Assembly (NCBI GenBank): GCA_039194325.1 | Contig: JBCCWC010000013.1 | Location: 32,001 to 96,000 of the forward strand | Length of the DNA: 64,000 nt | Direction of reading: 5' to 3' | From: Myxococcota bacterium | GTDB lineage: Bacteria; Myxococcota_A; Polyangia; Nannocystales; Nannocystaceae | Part shown: piece after piece, positions 18,853 through 28,703 of the stretch | How the letters are laid out: every line of letters starts with the position of its first letter | Numbering within the stretch: the stretch's first letter is position 1 | Notes under the pieces: model-generated | What the model was told of the DNA's origin: nothing | Seen by the model: only the letters and a program-made list of their open reading frames with translations | The model's database searches: none | Position numbers and translations under genes: made by a program

Positions 18853-19686
18853 CTATGCGCTGACGTCGACCCCAGGAGCGAGGGCGGGGCGTTCGGGCGC
18901 CGGCAGGGCGCGGCCTGGCTGGCGGATGCTCCGGATCCGCTCGACGAGCGCTCGGGCGCCGACCCGACCCATGAACACGAAGTTGCCCACCCAGTAGCGC
19001 TTCCACATACGCCGGGGCTCTTGCCAGAAGCGATAGACCCACTCCAGGCCCGCCCGTCGCATCCACCGAGGCGCCCGCGGCATGTTGCCCGAGAAGAAAT
19101 CAAACAGGCCGCCGACGCCCAGCGCTACCGTGACCCCGGTGGCCTCGATGTGCTCGGCGATCCATTTTTCCTGCACCGGAGCGCCCATGGCGACGAACAA
19201 GACGTCGGCTCCGCTGCTGCGGATCTTCGCGGTGACCTCCTCAGAGCGCGTGCGATCGAAGTATCCGTGGTGGACGCCACAGACGGTCAGCCCCGGGTGC
19301 GTGGCCGCGAGCCATTGCTGGACCTTCCGGGCGACCCCGGGGCGAGCGCCGAGCAAGAACACCCGGTGACCGGATCGGGCCAAGCGCTCGCAAGCGAGCG
19401 GGAAAAGATCGGTACCGTTGACGTTGTCGCGGACGGGCGTGCCCAGCAACCAACCCGCGATGCGCATCCCGATCCCGTCAGCGAACACCAGATCGGCCTG
19501 CTGGAGCGTGCGTCGGTACTCGGGATCGCGGTGGCTGATATTGACGCAATCGGCGTTGAGGAACATCAGCTGCGTGCGGGTCCGGGTCGCGAGGCGCTCC
19601 TCGAGCAAGCGCAACGCGTCGGCCATAGTGACATTGTCGACGGGTAGTCCGCAGACGTTGAGGGAGAGCGATGGATGCTGGCTCAT
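18853..19686 (-). CDS. WecB/TagA/CpsF family glycosyltransferase
   Basis: ADGIG, NVNGTDL, HHGYF, VAMGAPVQEKWI, GVGGLFDFFSG..RAP, EPRRMWKRY. Confidence 0.93.
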   Translation of the reverse strand: MSQHPSLSLNVCGLPVDNVTMADALRLLEERLATRTRTQLMFLNADCVNISHRDPEYRRTLQQADLVFADGIGMRIAGWLLGTPVRDNVNGTDLFPLACERLARSGHRVFLLGARPGVARKVQQWLAATHPGLTVCGVHHGYFDRTRSEEVTAKIRSSGADVLFVAMGAPVQEKWIAEHIEATGVTVALGVGGLFDFFSGNMPRAPRWMRRAGLEWVYRFWQEPRRMWKRYWVGNFVFMGRVGARALVERIRSIRQPGRALPAPERPALAPGVDVSA

Positions 19687-19885
19687 GAGGATCCTACCTG
19701 ACAGTGGAAAGATGGACGACGAAGGCTGGACCATCGCTCGGCCGCCCCCTTGGCGGATCGATCGATGGGCGTCAGCAACCCCGAGATGACAGAGCGACCA
19801 GCCAACGATGGCGTGTCGCGCGGGCGTTGCTCCTAAAGTCGGACTTTTGCCCGCCTTGATTGCGACGATCGGAAAATTGCCAACA
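19674..19885. repeat. ~210-bp direct repeat copy 1 (upstream region plus start of the WecB/TagA gene)
   Basis: Near-identical to 21027-21235. Confidence 0.9.
19835..19847. promoter_or_regulatory. Palindrome AAAGTC-G-GACTTT, candidate TF site
   Basis: Arms conserved in the second copy (21188-21200, AAAGTC-A-GACTTT); only the central base differs. Confidence 0.45.
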
Positions 19886-19968
19886 GAGCGCGAGGATCGT
19901 GCTCCGGGCAAGGTCGGGCATTAGAGCCACCCGCCCCGCCACTCATTGTGAACCTGGGGCGTCGGGGG

Positions 19969-21039
19969 TCAGCGAGGGGTCGCGCTCACCCGAGCCCGAC
20001 GACCTCCTCGGCCTTCGCGGAGGGTCCGGGTAAAGAAGCGAGCAACCCCCACCGCCCCGGCCACTTTGTTGACCACGTTGGCGGTCGCGTAGAGGCGTGC
20101 GTCGTCGGCCCGGTCGCCACGACCGCGGCGCTCCTGCTCGATCTTCCGCCACAGATGTCCGTAGCGCCCCAGCAGCCCGAGGCTCAGGCCCAGCGTGGGT
20201 ACAGCGCCAGCGAGAGCCGCCGAAGGTAACGCCACGCCGTAGGCCAGCAGCGAGACCACCCGACGCAGGTGGTAGCGATCGCGGTGGATCCACAGCCCCT
20301 GGGCGTAGGCATGGCCCATACGAACCGAGCGCGTCCACCACTGCCGAAGCTGGTCCATGTCGATGTCGTGCTGGGCCATGTCGTCGGCCAGCCGAACGAT
20401 GGAGTAACCGGCCGCGCTCACCCGCAGGCACAGCTCACGCTCTTCGGCCGCGGGCATGTCGGCGTTCTGGCCTCCGGCGGCTTCCCACGCCTGCGCCCGC
20501 ACCATCATGATCCCGCCGGTCTCCTCGACCTCGCCCGCCGGCTGGTCCCACTCCATGTCGGCCAGGCGATGGTAGGGGTTACGCTCGCGATCACGCTCGC
20601 GCAGCCGGCCTGCCAAGACGCCGACCTGCGGGTTGTGGTGAAGGTGGTGAGACGCCGCGCGCAGCCAGCTCGGGTGGAGCTCGCAGTCGCCGTCGACGAA
20701 CTGCACGTAGCGCAAGCGAGGCAGGCGCTCCCGCAGCGCGGCGAAGCCCGCGTTGCGGCCCCTAGCCGGCGACAGCGGCTCGTCCGCGCTCAGCTCCACG
20801 ATGACCGCGTCAGGAAAATAACGACGCACGATCTCGACGCTGTCGTCGGTCGACGCGCTGTCCACATAGACCACCGCGCCCGCTTCGGCGCCTACCGAGG
20901 CCAGAGCCCGCCGCAGCAGTTGTCCCTCGTTTCGGCCGATGATCACCACCCCGAGCTGCTCGGGGAGGACGGCGTCCTTCGAAAGGTTGTCGACGAGTCG
21001 TTCGCAAGCGTTGAGGAAGTGCGATTGATGCTGGCTCAT
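19969..21039 (-). CDS. GT2 family glycosyltransferase
   Basis: VVIIGRNEG, VYVDSASTDDS, GRNAG, QFVDGDC, QWWTRSVRMG; C-terminal hydrophobic segment. Confidence 0.9.
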   Translation of the reverse strand: MSQHQSHFLNACERLVDNLSKDAVLPEQLGVVIIGRNEGQLLRRALASVGAEAGAVVYVDSASTDDSVEIVRRYFPDAVIVELSADEPLSPARGRNAGFAALRERLPRLRYVQFVDGDCELHPSWLRAASHHLHHNPQVGVLAGRLRERDRERNPYHRLADMEWDQPAGEVEETGGIMMVRAQAWEAAGGQNADMPAAEERELCLRVSAAGYSIVRLADDMAQHDIDMDQLRQWWTRSVRMGHAYAQGLWIHRDRYHLRRVVSLLAYGVALPSAALAGAVPTLGLSLGLLGRYGHLWRKIEQERRGRGDRADDARLYATANVVNKVAGAVGVARFFTRTLREGRGGRRARVSATPR

Positions 21040-21235
21040 GAGGATCCTACCTAAGGTTGGGAAGATGAACGGCGAAGGCTGGACCATCGCTCGGCCACCC
21101 CCTTGGCGGATCGATCGATGGGCGTCGGCGACACCGAGATGAGAGCGCGACCAGCCAACGATGGCGCGTCACGCGGGCTTCGCTCCTAAAGTCAGACTTT
21201 TGCCCGCCTTGATTGCGACGCTCGGAATTTCCAAA
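21027..21235. repeat. ~210-bp direct repeat copy 2 (upstream region plus start of the GT2 gene)
   Basis: Near-identical to 19674-19885. Confidence 0.9.
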
Positions 21236-21355
21236 AACACCCGAAAATCACCCCTTCAATGGGCGATCTGCTTCGAAGGGCTCCGCTCGAACACCTGCCG
21301 CGCGGTCGCGCTGGCGGTCTGCCGACCACCCGAGGGTTTCACCACCGATTCCTAG

Positions 21356-22351
21356 CCGTCGGCTATCACCGCTCGCGCTCGATATACCTACTCGTGCTCA
21401 AACGATGCGCAGTGCACCAACGGGCCCGCATCCGGAGTCTGCCAGCCCCAGACGGGGTGGTGCAGCTTCGAAGATTCCCAGTGCCCATCGATGCAGCGCT
21501 ACGGCGCCCTCGCAGCCAAGTCCCTGGCCAACACCTGCGTGCCTCTATCCGATGAGGAGACCTCGGGCCTCCCGAGCAACCCCGCGCTGCCCTCCGAGGT
21601 GCCCGAAGGCACCTCCACTGGCGACCCGGGCAGTACCCCCTTCGACGGCGAGAGCTCGGGCGACGAGACCACCGGCGACGAGACCACCGGCGGCCCCGAC
21701 ACGCCGCCCTCGCTCACGACAGACACGACCACGGCGGGCACGACCACCGATGACCCCTCGGCCGGCGTCGACGAAGGGACGACCGACCAACCCGAGCCCG
21801 GCTGCATCCCGCTCCTCTTCGACGATTTCGACGACGGCGCGATCGGACCCCAGTGGAGCTCGTGGACCGACGCCGGGGCCGACCTCGAAGAGAGCGGGTC
21901 GATCGTGCAGTTCTCGCTGGTCGGCGAGGCCGTCGGAGGCACGGATTCGGGGCTCATCAGCGTGGATCTCTTCGACCTCACCGAGGGACAGACGCGCATC
22001 AAGGTGGCCGAGCACCCCACCCCAGACTCCCCCATGCGGCTCTACGTGCAGTGGCTGACCGACAGCTGCACCCTGACGATCATCATCGAGAGCGACCAGA
22101 TCCATGCGCTGGGCTCCACCAGCAACGTTGGCCATGACGCAACGTGGTTTCAGATGCGCTCCGATGGTGCCCTCGTACACGCCGAGCGTTCGATAGATGG
22201 CGTGGTCTGGGAGCCGATCGTCCCGCCCCAGCCCCTCGAGTGCGACCTGAGCCAGACCCAGGTGCTCGCGTTCGGTGGCGCCGGCGGACCGAGCTCGGCG
22301 GGACCCACCGCCGCCCTCCAGATGCTCGAAGTCTGCGGACCCACGCCATAA
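21356..22351 (+). pseudogene. 5'-truncated paralog of the 22559-23599 lipoprotein
   Basis: Homology extends upstream of ATG 21491 (YTYSCSNDAQCTNG..WCSFEDSQCPSM). In-frame TAG at 21353-21355, no start codon after it until 21491, and the lipobox Cys is missing. Confidence 0.6.
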
Positions 22352-22558
22352 CTCGCTCGGAGTCTGACGACCAAGTCAACCACTCGTTCCTCCCGCTCGA
22401 CGGCCTGCCACGATGAGCGGCCGATCGCTCGACCTGAACCGACGATCACGGGGGCGGGCGATCTCAGGGCCTCGACTGCGCGACACGTACTAAGGCCTAC
22501 AAAGGTACACCCGTGACGTCGGAACGCCCGAGATTTACACTTTTTACAAGGGATCCGC

Positions 22559-23599
22559 GTGGAGGGACGACGCCTATTCGACAACTGGCTGTGGCTCTTT
22601 GGAGCCGGCGTGCTCGCGAGTATGGTCGCGTGCAGCTCCGACACCTATTCGTGTTCGAGCGACGACCAGTGCACCAACGGAGACACGCCCGGCATCTGCC
22701 AGCCCGAGACCGGTTGGTGCAGCTTCGAAGATTCCCAGTGCCCATCGATGCAGCGCTACGGCGCCCTCGCAGCCAAATCCCTGGCCAACACCTGCGTGCC
22801 TCTACCGCAAGAGCAGACCTCGGGCCTCCCAAGCACCCCCGAGCCACCGACCCCCCAAACGCTCGAGGGCACCTCCACCGGCGAGACCAGCGGCACTACG
22901 TTCGACGACGAGGGCTCGGGCGATGGAACCATCACGACCACGGCCACGTCCACGTCCACGGCCACGTCCACGACCACTGGATCCACCGGCGGCTTCGAAA
23001 GCAGCGGCTCCGGCCCCGACATGGAGACGACCGGCGATCCCAACCCCGACTGCATGCCGATCCTCTTCGACGATTTCGCCGATGGCGTGCTGGATCCCGG
23101 GTGGAACACGTGGTCCGACCCCGGCACCTCGCTCAACGAAGATCAGTCGTCCCTTCGGTTCTCCGTGGTCGGGCAAGTCAACAGCTCCGCGGATACAGGG
23201 ATCAGCAGCATGGATCTGTTCGATCTCAACGAGGGGCAGATGCGCGTCGAGGTGGCCGAGTTTCCTACCCTGAGCTCCTCGATGCGGCTCTACATGCAGT
23301 TCGACGCCGGGGCTTGCGACGCGACGATCGTCATCGAGGACGACGTGATCTACGCCTTTGGCGAAGCCGGCACGATCGGCGACGACACGGTGTGGCTCGA
23401 GCTGCGCACCGACGGCGCGTTCCGCCATGCGGAGCGCTCGGTCGACGGCGTCGCCTGGGAGCCGATCGTACCGCCCCAACCCATCGAGTGTGACATGAGC
23501 CAGACCCGGGTCTATCTATTCGGCGGTACGAACGGAGCGAGCGCAGCGGGACCCACGACCGCCGTCGAGACGCTCGAGGCGTGCGTCGGCGGCCCGTAG
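22559..23599 (+). CDS. Lipoprotein: Cys-rich N-module, Ser/Thr linker, beta-sandwich-like C-domain
   Basis: MVAC lipobox, six further Cys in the N-module, FDDFADG motif; tandem paralog of the preceding ORF. Confidence 0.75.
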   Translation: MEGRRLFDNWLWLFGAGVLASMVACSSDTYSCSSDDQCTNGDTPGICQPETGWCSFEDSQCPSMQRYGALAAKSLANTCVPLPQEQTSGLPSTPEPPTPQTLEGTSTGETSGTTFDDEGSGDGTITTTATSTSTATSTTTGSTGGFESSGSGPDMETTGDPNPDCMPILFDDFADGVLDPGWNTWSDPGTSLNEDQSSLRFSVVGQVNSSADTGISSMDLFDLNEGQMRVEVAEFPTLSSSMRLYMQFDAGACDATIVIEDDVIYAFGEAGTIGDDTVWLELRTDGAFRHAERSVDGVAWEPIVPPQPIECDMSQTRVYLFGGTNGASAAGPTTAVETLEACVGGP

Positions 23600-23665
23600 C
23601 GACGCACGGTACGGTGCTAGGCAACGGCACAACCCGGGCGGCTACTGCTTTTGCTACTGCTTTCG

Positions 23666-24640
23666 CTACTGCGGCAACCATTCGGAGATCGCCCGGCCAA
23701 TTTCATCTGGAGAGTCTTCTTGGACGAAATGGGAGCCCTTGACCGTCACCTCGGTCAGGTTGGGCCAAGTGCGCACGAAGTCGCGCGCATAGCCGACGAG
23801 GAACGCGCCCGGCTCGGCATTGATGAACAGCTTCGGCACATCCGACGCCGAGAGATAGTCCGCATAATCACCAACGATGGCGACCGTGTCTGCTGGTTCC
23901 CCGGCAATCGGAAGCTGGCGGGGGCCCGCGAGGGTCGGCCGACGATCTTCACCCGGGTCGACAAAGGGCCGGCGATACTCGGCATGCTCTTGCTTGCTCA
24001 GCTCACGTAGGATGGCGCTCGGGAGCAGCTGTTCGATGAAGAAGTTGTCTTCCAGCACCATTGGCTCCCCTTGTGGGGACCGGAGTCGCCCGATGACTTC
24101 ACGAAGATCCTCGGGGAATTCATCCCAGGTCGGAAATGGCGTCACGATGGCCTCCATGAATGCGATCCCCTTGATCGCATCCTGGTGTTGCTCGGCCCAA
24201 TGAAAGCCCAGCCCAGACCCCCAATCGTGAAGCACGAGCGTGACATTGTCTTCCACCCCCAGCTCTGCGAGGAGCGCGAACAAATACTTGCTGTGCTCAG
24301 TGACACTATAACTACCAGGGCCAGTGTCATCCAGTTTTTCCGAGTCACCCATGCCGACGAGATCCGGAGCGATCAAGCGGCCTCGCCCCTCGAGATGCGG
24401 CATGACGTTGCGCCAAAGATATGAAGATGTCGGATTGCCGTGTAGGAACACGATCGGATCGCCGGTTCCTGTGTCGATGTACGCCATCCGCTTGCCGAGA
24501 ATGGTCTTGAACTCTTTCTGGTAGCGACCGCCGCTCGTGTGCGAAGTCACACCTGAGGATTCCGAAGCGTCACACGCAGTCGGCGCACCTGCGTTCATCA
24601 CGGCCGTCGCCATCAAAGTCGTTGGACGAGAGGTCTTCAT
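23666..24640 (-). CDS. dhaA: Haloalkane dehalogenase (HLD-II, LinB/DhaA-like)
   Basis: [48 protein letters not shown] before ATG 24640. Confidence 0.9.
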   Translation of the reverse strand: MKTSRPTTLMATAVMNAGAPTACDASESSGVTSHTSGGRYQKEFKTILGKRMAYIDTGTGDPIVFLHGNPTSSYLWRNVMPHLEGRGRLIAPDLVGMGDSEKLDDTGPGSYSVTEHSKYLFALLAELGVEDNVTLVLHDWGSGLGFHWAEQHQDAIKGIAFMEAIVTPFPTWDEFPEDLREVIGRLRSPQGEPMVLEDNFFIEQLLPSAILRELSKQEHAEYRRPFVDPGEDRRPTLAGPRQLPIAGEPADTVAIVGDYADYLSASDVPKLFINAEPGAFLVGYARDFVRTWPNLTEVTVKGSHFVQEDSPDEIGRAISEWLPQ

Positions 24641-24662
24641 CGGCATTCTCCTTGGGTCAGCA

Positions 24663-24734
24663 ATATATGACCGAGTCATATATACAGACTCCAAGACGTC
24701 GTGGCCATTGCCTTTTTGTGATTCGGTCATATAA
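24663..24734. promoter_or_regulatory. Two operator-like palindromes between the divergent dehalogenase and MarR genes
   Basis: Perfect ATATATGAC-CGA-GTCATATAT (24663-24683) and a degenerate inverted copy TTTTGTGATTCGGTCATATAA (24714-24734). Confidence 0.75.
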
Positions 24735-24741
24735 TTATTCT

Positions 24742-25347
24742 GTGAGCTCAGACACGTACAGGACCAACCTGCTGGGGGCGTTCGCCACGACGATTGCCAC
24801 GCGCATCGACGAGCAGGTTGCCGGTGTCGGAGTGCGGGGCATCAATGCCGCGACGGCCCTGGTGACGATCCGCAACCACCCGAACGACAGCATCGAAGTT
24901 CTTCGCCGCGCCCTCGGCCTTACCCACTCTGGTGCGGTTCGACTGATCAACGGACTCGAAGACGACGGGCTGGTCGAGCGGCACCGAAGCCGCGATGATG
25001 GCCGCTCGGTCGTACTCCGGCTGACCCAACAGGGACGAGCACGGGCGGATCGGGTGCTCGGGGCCCGGACGAGCGTCACGAACAAGGTCTTCGACGCGCT
25101 ATCCACCGAACAACGAGACGCCCTCGCCCCGATCATGGAGGCCGCCCTCGAGGCCCTTACTCAGAGTAAAGACGGCGCACGACGCATCTGCCGGCTCTGC
25201 GACGAACAGGTGTGTCGACCGCAGGGATGTCCCGTTGAAATCGCCGCCATGTCTTGTTCCGCAACACCGAGCGCCCCAACTGCGTCTACGCAAGCCCCGG
25301 CACGCCCGCCGCTCTCTCGAGCGCGCCAGGGTCGGAGGCGACGGTGA
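24742..25347 (+). CDS. MarR family regulator with C-terminal Cys cluster
   Basis: [48 protein letters not shown] start inferred. Confidence 0.88.
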   Translation: MSSDTYRTNLLGAFATTIATRIDEQVAGVGVRGINAATALVTIRNHPNDSIEVLRRALGLTHSGAVRLINGLEDDGLVERHRSRDDGRSVVLRLTQQGRARADRVLGARTSVTNKVFDALSTEQRDALAPIMEAALEALTQSKDGARRICRLCDEQVCRPQGCPVEIAAMSCSATPSAPTASTQAPARPPLSRARQGRRRR

Positions 25348-25590
25348 CCGGCAGACCCAGCCCCGAACCCAGCCCCGAACCCAGCCCCGAGAGGTCGCGC
25401 AGCTCGTCGCCCTGCGGACAGTAAGCGTGACGCCTCCGGGCTGGGGGCCTGAGTCCGCAAAGCTCGGGTGCCCACGGACCCTCGATCTTTTTTCCATTTA
25501 TCCCAGAGACAAATCTTCCCCATCGACGACTTGCCCGCCGAGATTCACGAGGCCGGGCCAAGCCCAGGCCCAAGCCCAGGGGAGTAGGGT

Positions 25591-27300
25591 GTGAAGGGCA
25601 ATCGAGCTTACATTCGTGACCGCGCATGGCCGTCAGCCGGCGCGCTCGCGCTCATACTGACCACGGGCTGCTACGACGGCCGGGGCGATCTCGACTCGAG
25701 CGCCGGCCAAGATCCGACCCAGGATCCAGCGCAGGAGGGCGGCGAAGCCGGCGAGGACGATCCCCCGCCCGAGGGCTTTGAGCCCGCCCCCGGCGCGATG
25801 CGCCGGCTGACCAACGCCGAGTACGTCAACAGCATCGTCGACGTGTTCGCGCTGCCCTCCCCCCTGTCCCTCGACCTCGAGGTCGACGAGACGGCCGAGG
25901 AGTTCTTGTCGATCGGCGCGTCCCAGGTGGGCACCTCCGAGCGCGGCGTCGAGCAGTACCGCGACGCCGCCTTCGAGGTCGCGGCCATGGTGTTCGAGCG
26001 CAAGGCCGACTACCCGCGGCTGGCCGAGTGCGCGCCCACGGGCGCCGACGACCCCTGCGTGGGCGAGGCGCTGGCCTACTACGGACAGCGCCTGTGGCGA
26101 CGACCGCTGGAATCCGAGGAGCTCGCGCGCTACTCCGCGCTGGTCGACGCCCCCTACGAGGACGGCCAAGATCCCGCGCTCGGCCTACAGTACGCCGTGG
26201 CCGCGCTCATCGAGTCGCCCAACTTCATCTATGTGCCGCAGACAGGCCAAGACGATCCGGCCTCGGGCCTGCGCCGCTACACCGACCACGAGATGGCCAG
26301 CCGGCTGTCCTACTTTTTGTGGTCGTCGACGCCCGACGAGCAATTGCTCGCCGCCGCCGCCGAGCAGCGCCTGCACACCAGCGCCCAACTCGTAGAGCAG
26401 GCCGAGCGCATGCTCGAGGCCCCTCGCGCCCGCGACCTGGCCGCGCGCTTCTTCGCCGAGAGCTGGGGCGTCGATCGCCTGGCGCTCAACGACAAGAACA
26501 CCGAGGTCTTCGCACAATGGGACGACGCCTTGCTCGGTGAGTTCCGAGACGAGTTCGACGCCGTGCTGGCCGATCTCTACGATCGCGACGCCGATGTGCG
26601 CGAGCTCTTCGACGGGCGCACCACCCTCGCCAGCCCGGCGCTGGCCGAGTTCTACGGCCTGCCCGCCCCCGACGCGCAGGGCCAGGTCGCGCTGGACGAG
26701 CGCCGCTGGGGCATCCTGACCTCCGGGGCGGTGCTCGCCGCCAACTCGCCCTCCGATCGCTCCTCGCCGACTCACCGAGGCAAGTTCCTGCTCGAGAAGG
26801 TGCTGTGCGGGACCGTGCCGCCGCCCCCCGAGGACGTGGACGACACCCTGCCCGACGACGAGCCCGGCGACGAACCCAAGACCACCCGGGACAAGCTGGA
26901 GCAGCACGTGACCGATGTGGCCTGCGCGGCCTGCCACCAGCTCATCGACCCGCTGGGCTTCACCCTCGAGCACTACGACGGGATCGGAGCCTTCCGCGAC
27001 ACCGAGAACGGCCTGCCGATCGATCCCTCCGGGGTCTACGAAGGGGAGTCCCTGGCCGGGGTCGGCGACGTGGCTCGATTCCTGGCCACCAACGAGCGAG
27101 CCACCCGCTGCGTAGCGCAGCGCCTGATGAGCTACGCCACCGGCCGCGACTACCTACCCCGGGATCTCTCGGTGGTCGACGACCTGCATGCGGCGTTCGC
27201 CGATGAAGACTTCGTGTTCCGTATGCTGGTGATCGAGCTGGTCACCAGCCCCACCTTCCGCTACCTGGCCCCGACCGAGTCCGAGGAGGAGTCGTCATGA
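25591..27300 (+). CDS. DUF1592/DUF1588-family lipoprotein with CxxCH motif
   Basis: TTGC, RRLTNAEYVNSI, MASRLSYFLWSSTPD, SPTHRG, CAACH. Confidence 0.9.
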   Translation: MKGNRAYIRDRAWPSAGALALILTTGCYDGRGDLDSSAGQDPTQDPAQEGGEAGEDDPPPEGFEPAPGAMRRLTNAEYVNSIVDVFALPSPLSLDLEVDETAEEFLSIGASQVGTSERGVEQYRDAAFEVAAMVFERKADYPRLAECAPTGADDPCVGEALAYYGQRLWRRPLESEELARYSALVDAPYEDGQDPALGLQYAVAALIESPNFIYVPQTGQDDPASGLRRYTDHEMASRLSYFLWSSTPDEQLLAAAAEQRLHTSAQLVEQAERMLEAPRARDLAARFFAESWGVDRLALNDKNTEVFAQWDDALLGEFRDEFDAVLADLYDRDADVRELFDGRTTLASPALAEFYGLPAPDAQGQVALDERRWGILTSGAVLAANSPSDRSSPTHRGKFLLEKVLCGTVPPPPEDVDDTLPDDEPGDEPKTTRDKLEQHVTDVACAACHQLIDPLGFTLEHYDGIGAFRDTENGLPIDPSGVYEGESLAGVGDVARFLATNERATRCVAQRLMSYATGRDYLPRDLSVVDDLHAAFADEDFVFRMLVIELVTSPTFRYLAPTESEEESS

Positions 27301-28703
27301 GTCGTTCGCGTATCATTCCGGTCCGCGGTGCCACCACCACCCTGGGGCGTCGCAGCTTCCTTCGCGGCACCCTGGGGGCCAGCTCGGTGTGCGTGGGCCT
27401 GCCGCTGCTCGACATGATGCTCAACGACCACGACACCGCGCTGGCCAACGGCGATGGTCTGCCGGTGCGCTTCGGCGTGTTCTACTGGGGCGGCGGCGTG
27501 GTGCACAGCACGTGGATCCCCGAGCAGACCGGCTACGACTGGGCCCTGCCCGACTCGCTGACGCCCTTCTCCGATCTGCGTGAGTACCTCACGCTCGTCA
27601 CCGGCACCAACCATCAAAACTCCAGCCCCGGGCACATCCCCGCGCGGGGGATCGCGCTGTCGGCCTCGCACGACCCCGACACCTCGATCCAAGGGGTGGG
27701 CACCTGGCGCGGCCAGAAGCACCCCGAGCCCTCGGTCGACGCCCTGGTGGCCGAGCACTGGGAGGGGCTGACGCCCTTTACCTCGGTCGACGTGGGGATC
27801 TGCCGCAAGGGCCCCTATAAGTCCAACTCCTCGTGGAAGCGGGGCGGCGACGTCTATAACCGCCACGAGCCCGATCCCCGCGCCCTCTACGACCGGCTCT
27901 TTTCGGGGGGCGTCGACGAGAATACCGACTTTGGCCAGCTGGGGGCCTCGCGTCAGCTGGGGCAGAGCATGCTCGACGTGGTGATGGAGGACACCAATCG
28001 TCTCAACGCTCGCCTCGGCGCCAACGATCGCCAGCGCATGGAGCAACACCTCGAGGGCCTGCGGGCCATCGAGCGCCGGCTCGACGACTGGGAGGTGGCC
28101 TGCCAGCTGCCCGACTCGCCGGCCACGATGGACTACGGCGACGGCGGCAGCAACGAGCAGAAGCAAGAGAAGGCGCAGGTGATGTCCGAGCTGCTGGCGA
28201 CCGCGCTGGCCTGCGATCTGACCCGGATCTTCTCGTACGAGTGGTCGGCGACCCAGTCGGGGGCCGTGTACTGGGAGGTCGACGTGAACGAAGAGCACCA
28301 CCAGTACAACCACGACCACTCGCAGGGCGAAGGCATGCAGGCGATCACGCGCTTCATCATGCAAAACTTCGCCTACCTGGCCGAGGCCCTGCGCCAGCGC
28401 ACCGAGGGGGCGAGCAACGTGCTCGACAACACCCTGATCCTCGGGACCTCCGCGCACGCAATCGCCGGCTCACACAACTACAATGATCACCCCTATGTGC
28501 TGGTGGGCGGCGCTGGCGGGGGGATCAACGCCGGCCTGCACTGGCGACACCCCGACCCGGGCGGGAACCGAGAGTCGCCCAAGGTGCTGCTGACCGCCGT
28601 GCGAGCGGTGGGGATCGAGCAAGCAAGCCTGGGCCAGCAAGGCGGGCCCGGGGGCGTGGCCGACCGGGTGGTGACCGAGGCGTTCAGCGAGGTGCTCACC
28701 TAG
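27297..28703 (+). CDS. DUF1552 family protein
   Basis: GRRSFLRG, LPLLDMM, LACDLTRI; ATGA overlap. Confidence 0.9.
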   Translation: MSRSRIIPVRGATTTLGRRSFLRGTLGASSVCVGLPLLDMMLNDHDTALANGDGLPVRFGVFYWGGGVVHSTWIPEQTGYDWALPDSLTPFSDLREYLTLVTGTNHQNSSPGHIPARGIALSASHDPDTSIQGVGTWRGQKHPEPSVDALVAEHWEGLTPFTSVDVGICRKGPYKSNSSWKRGGDVYNRHEPDPRALYDRLFSGGVDENTDFGQLGASRQLGQSMLDVVMEDTNRLNARLGANDRQRMEQHLEGLRAIERRLDDWEVACQLPDSPATMDYGDGGSNEQKQEKAQVMSELLATALACDLTRIFSYEWSATQSGAVYWEVDVNEEHHQYNHDHSQGEGMQAITRFIMQNFAYLAEALRQRTEGASNVLDNTLILGTSAHAIAGSHNYNDHPYVLVGGAGGGINAGLHWRHPDPGGNRESPKVLLTAVRAVGIEQASLGQQGGPGGVADRVVTEAFSEVLT

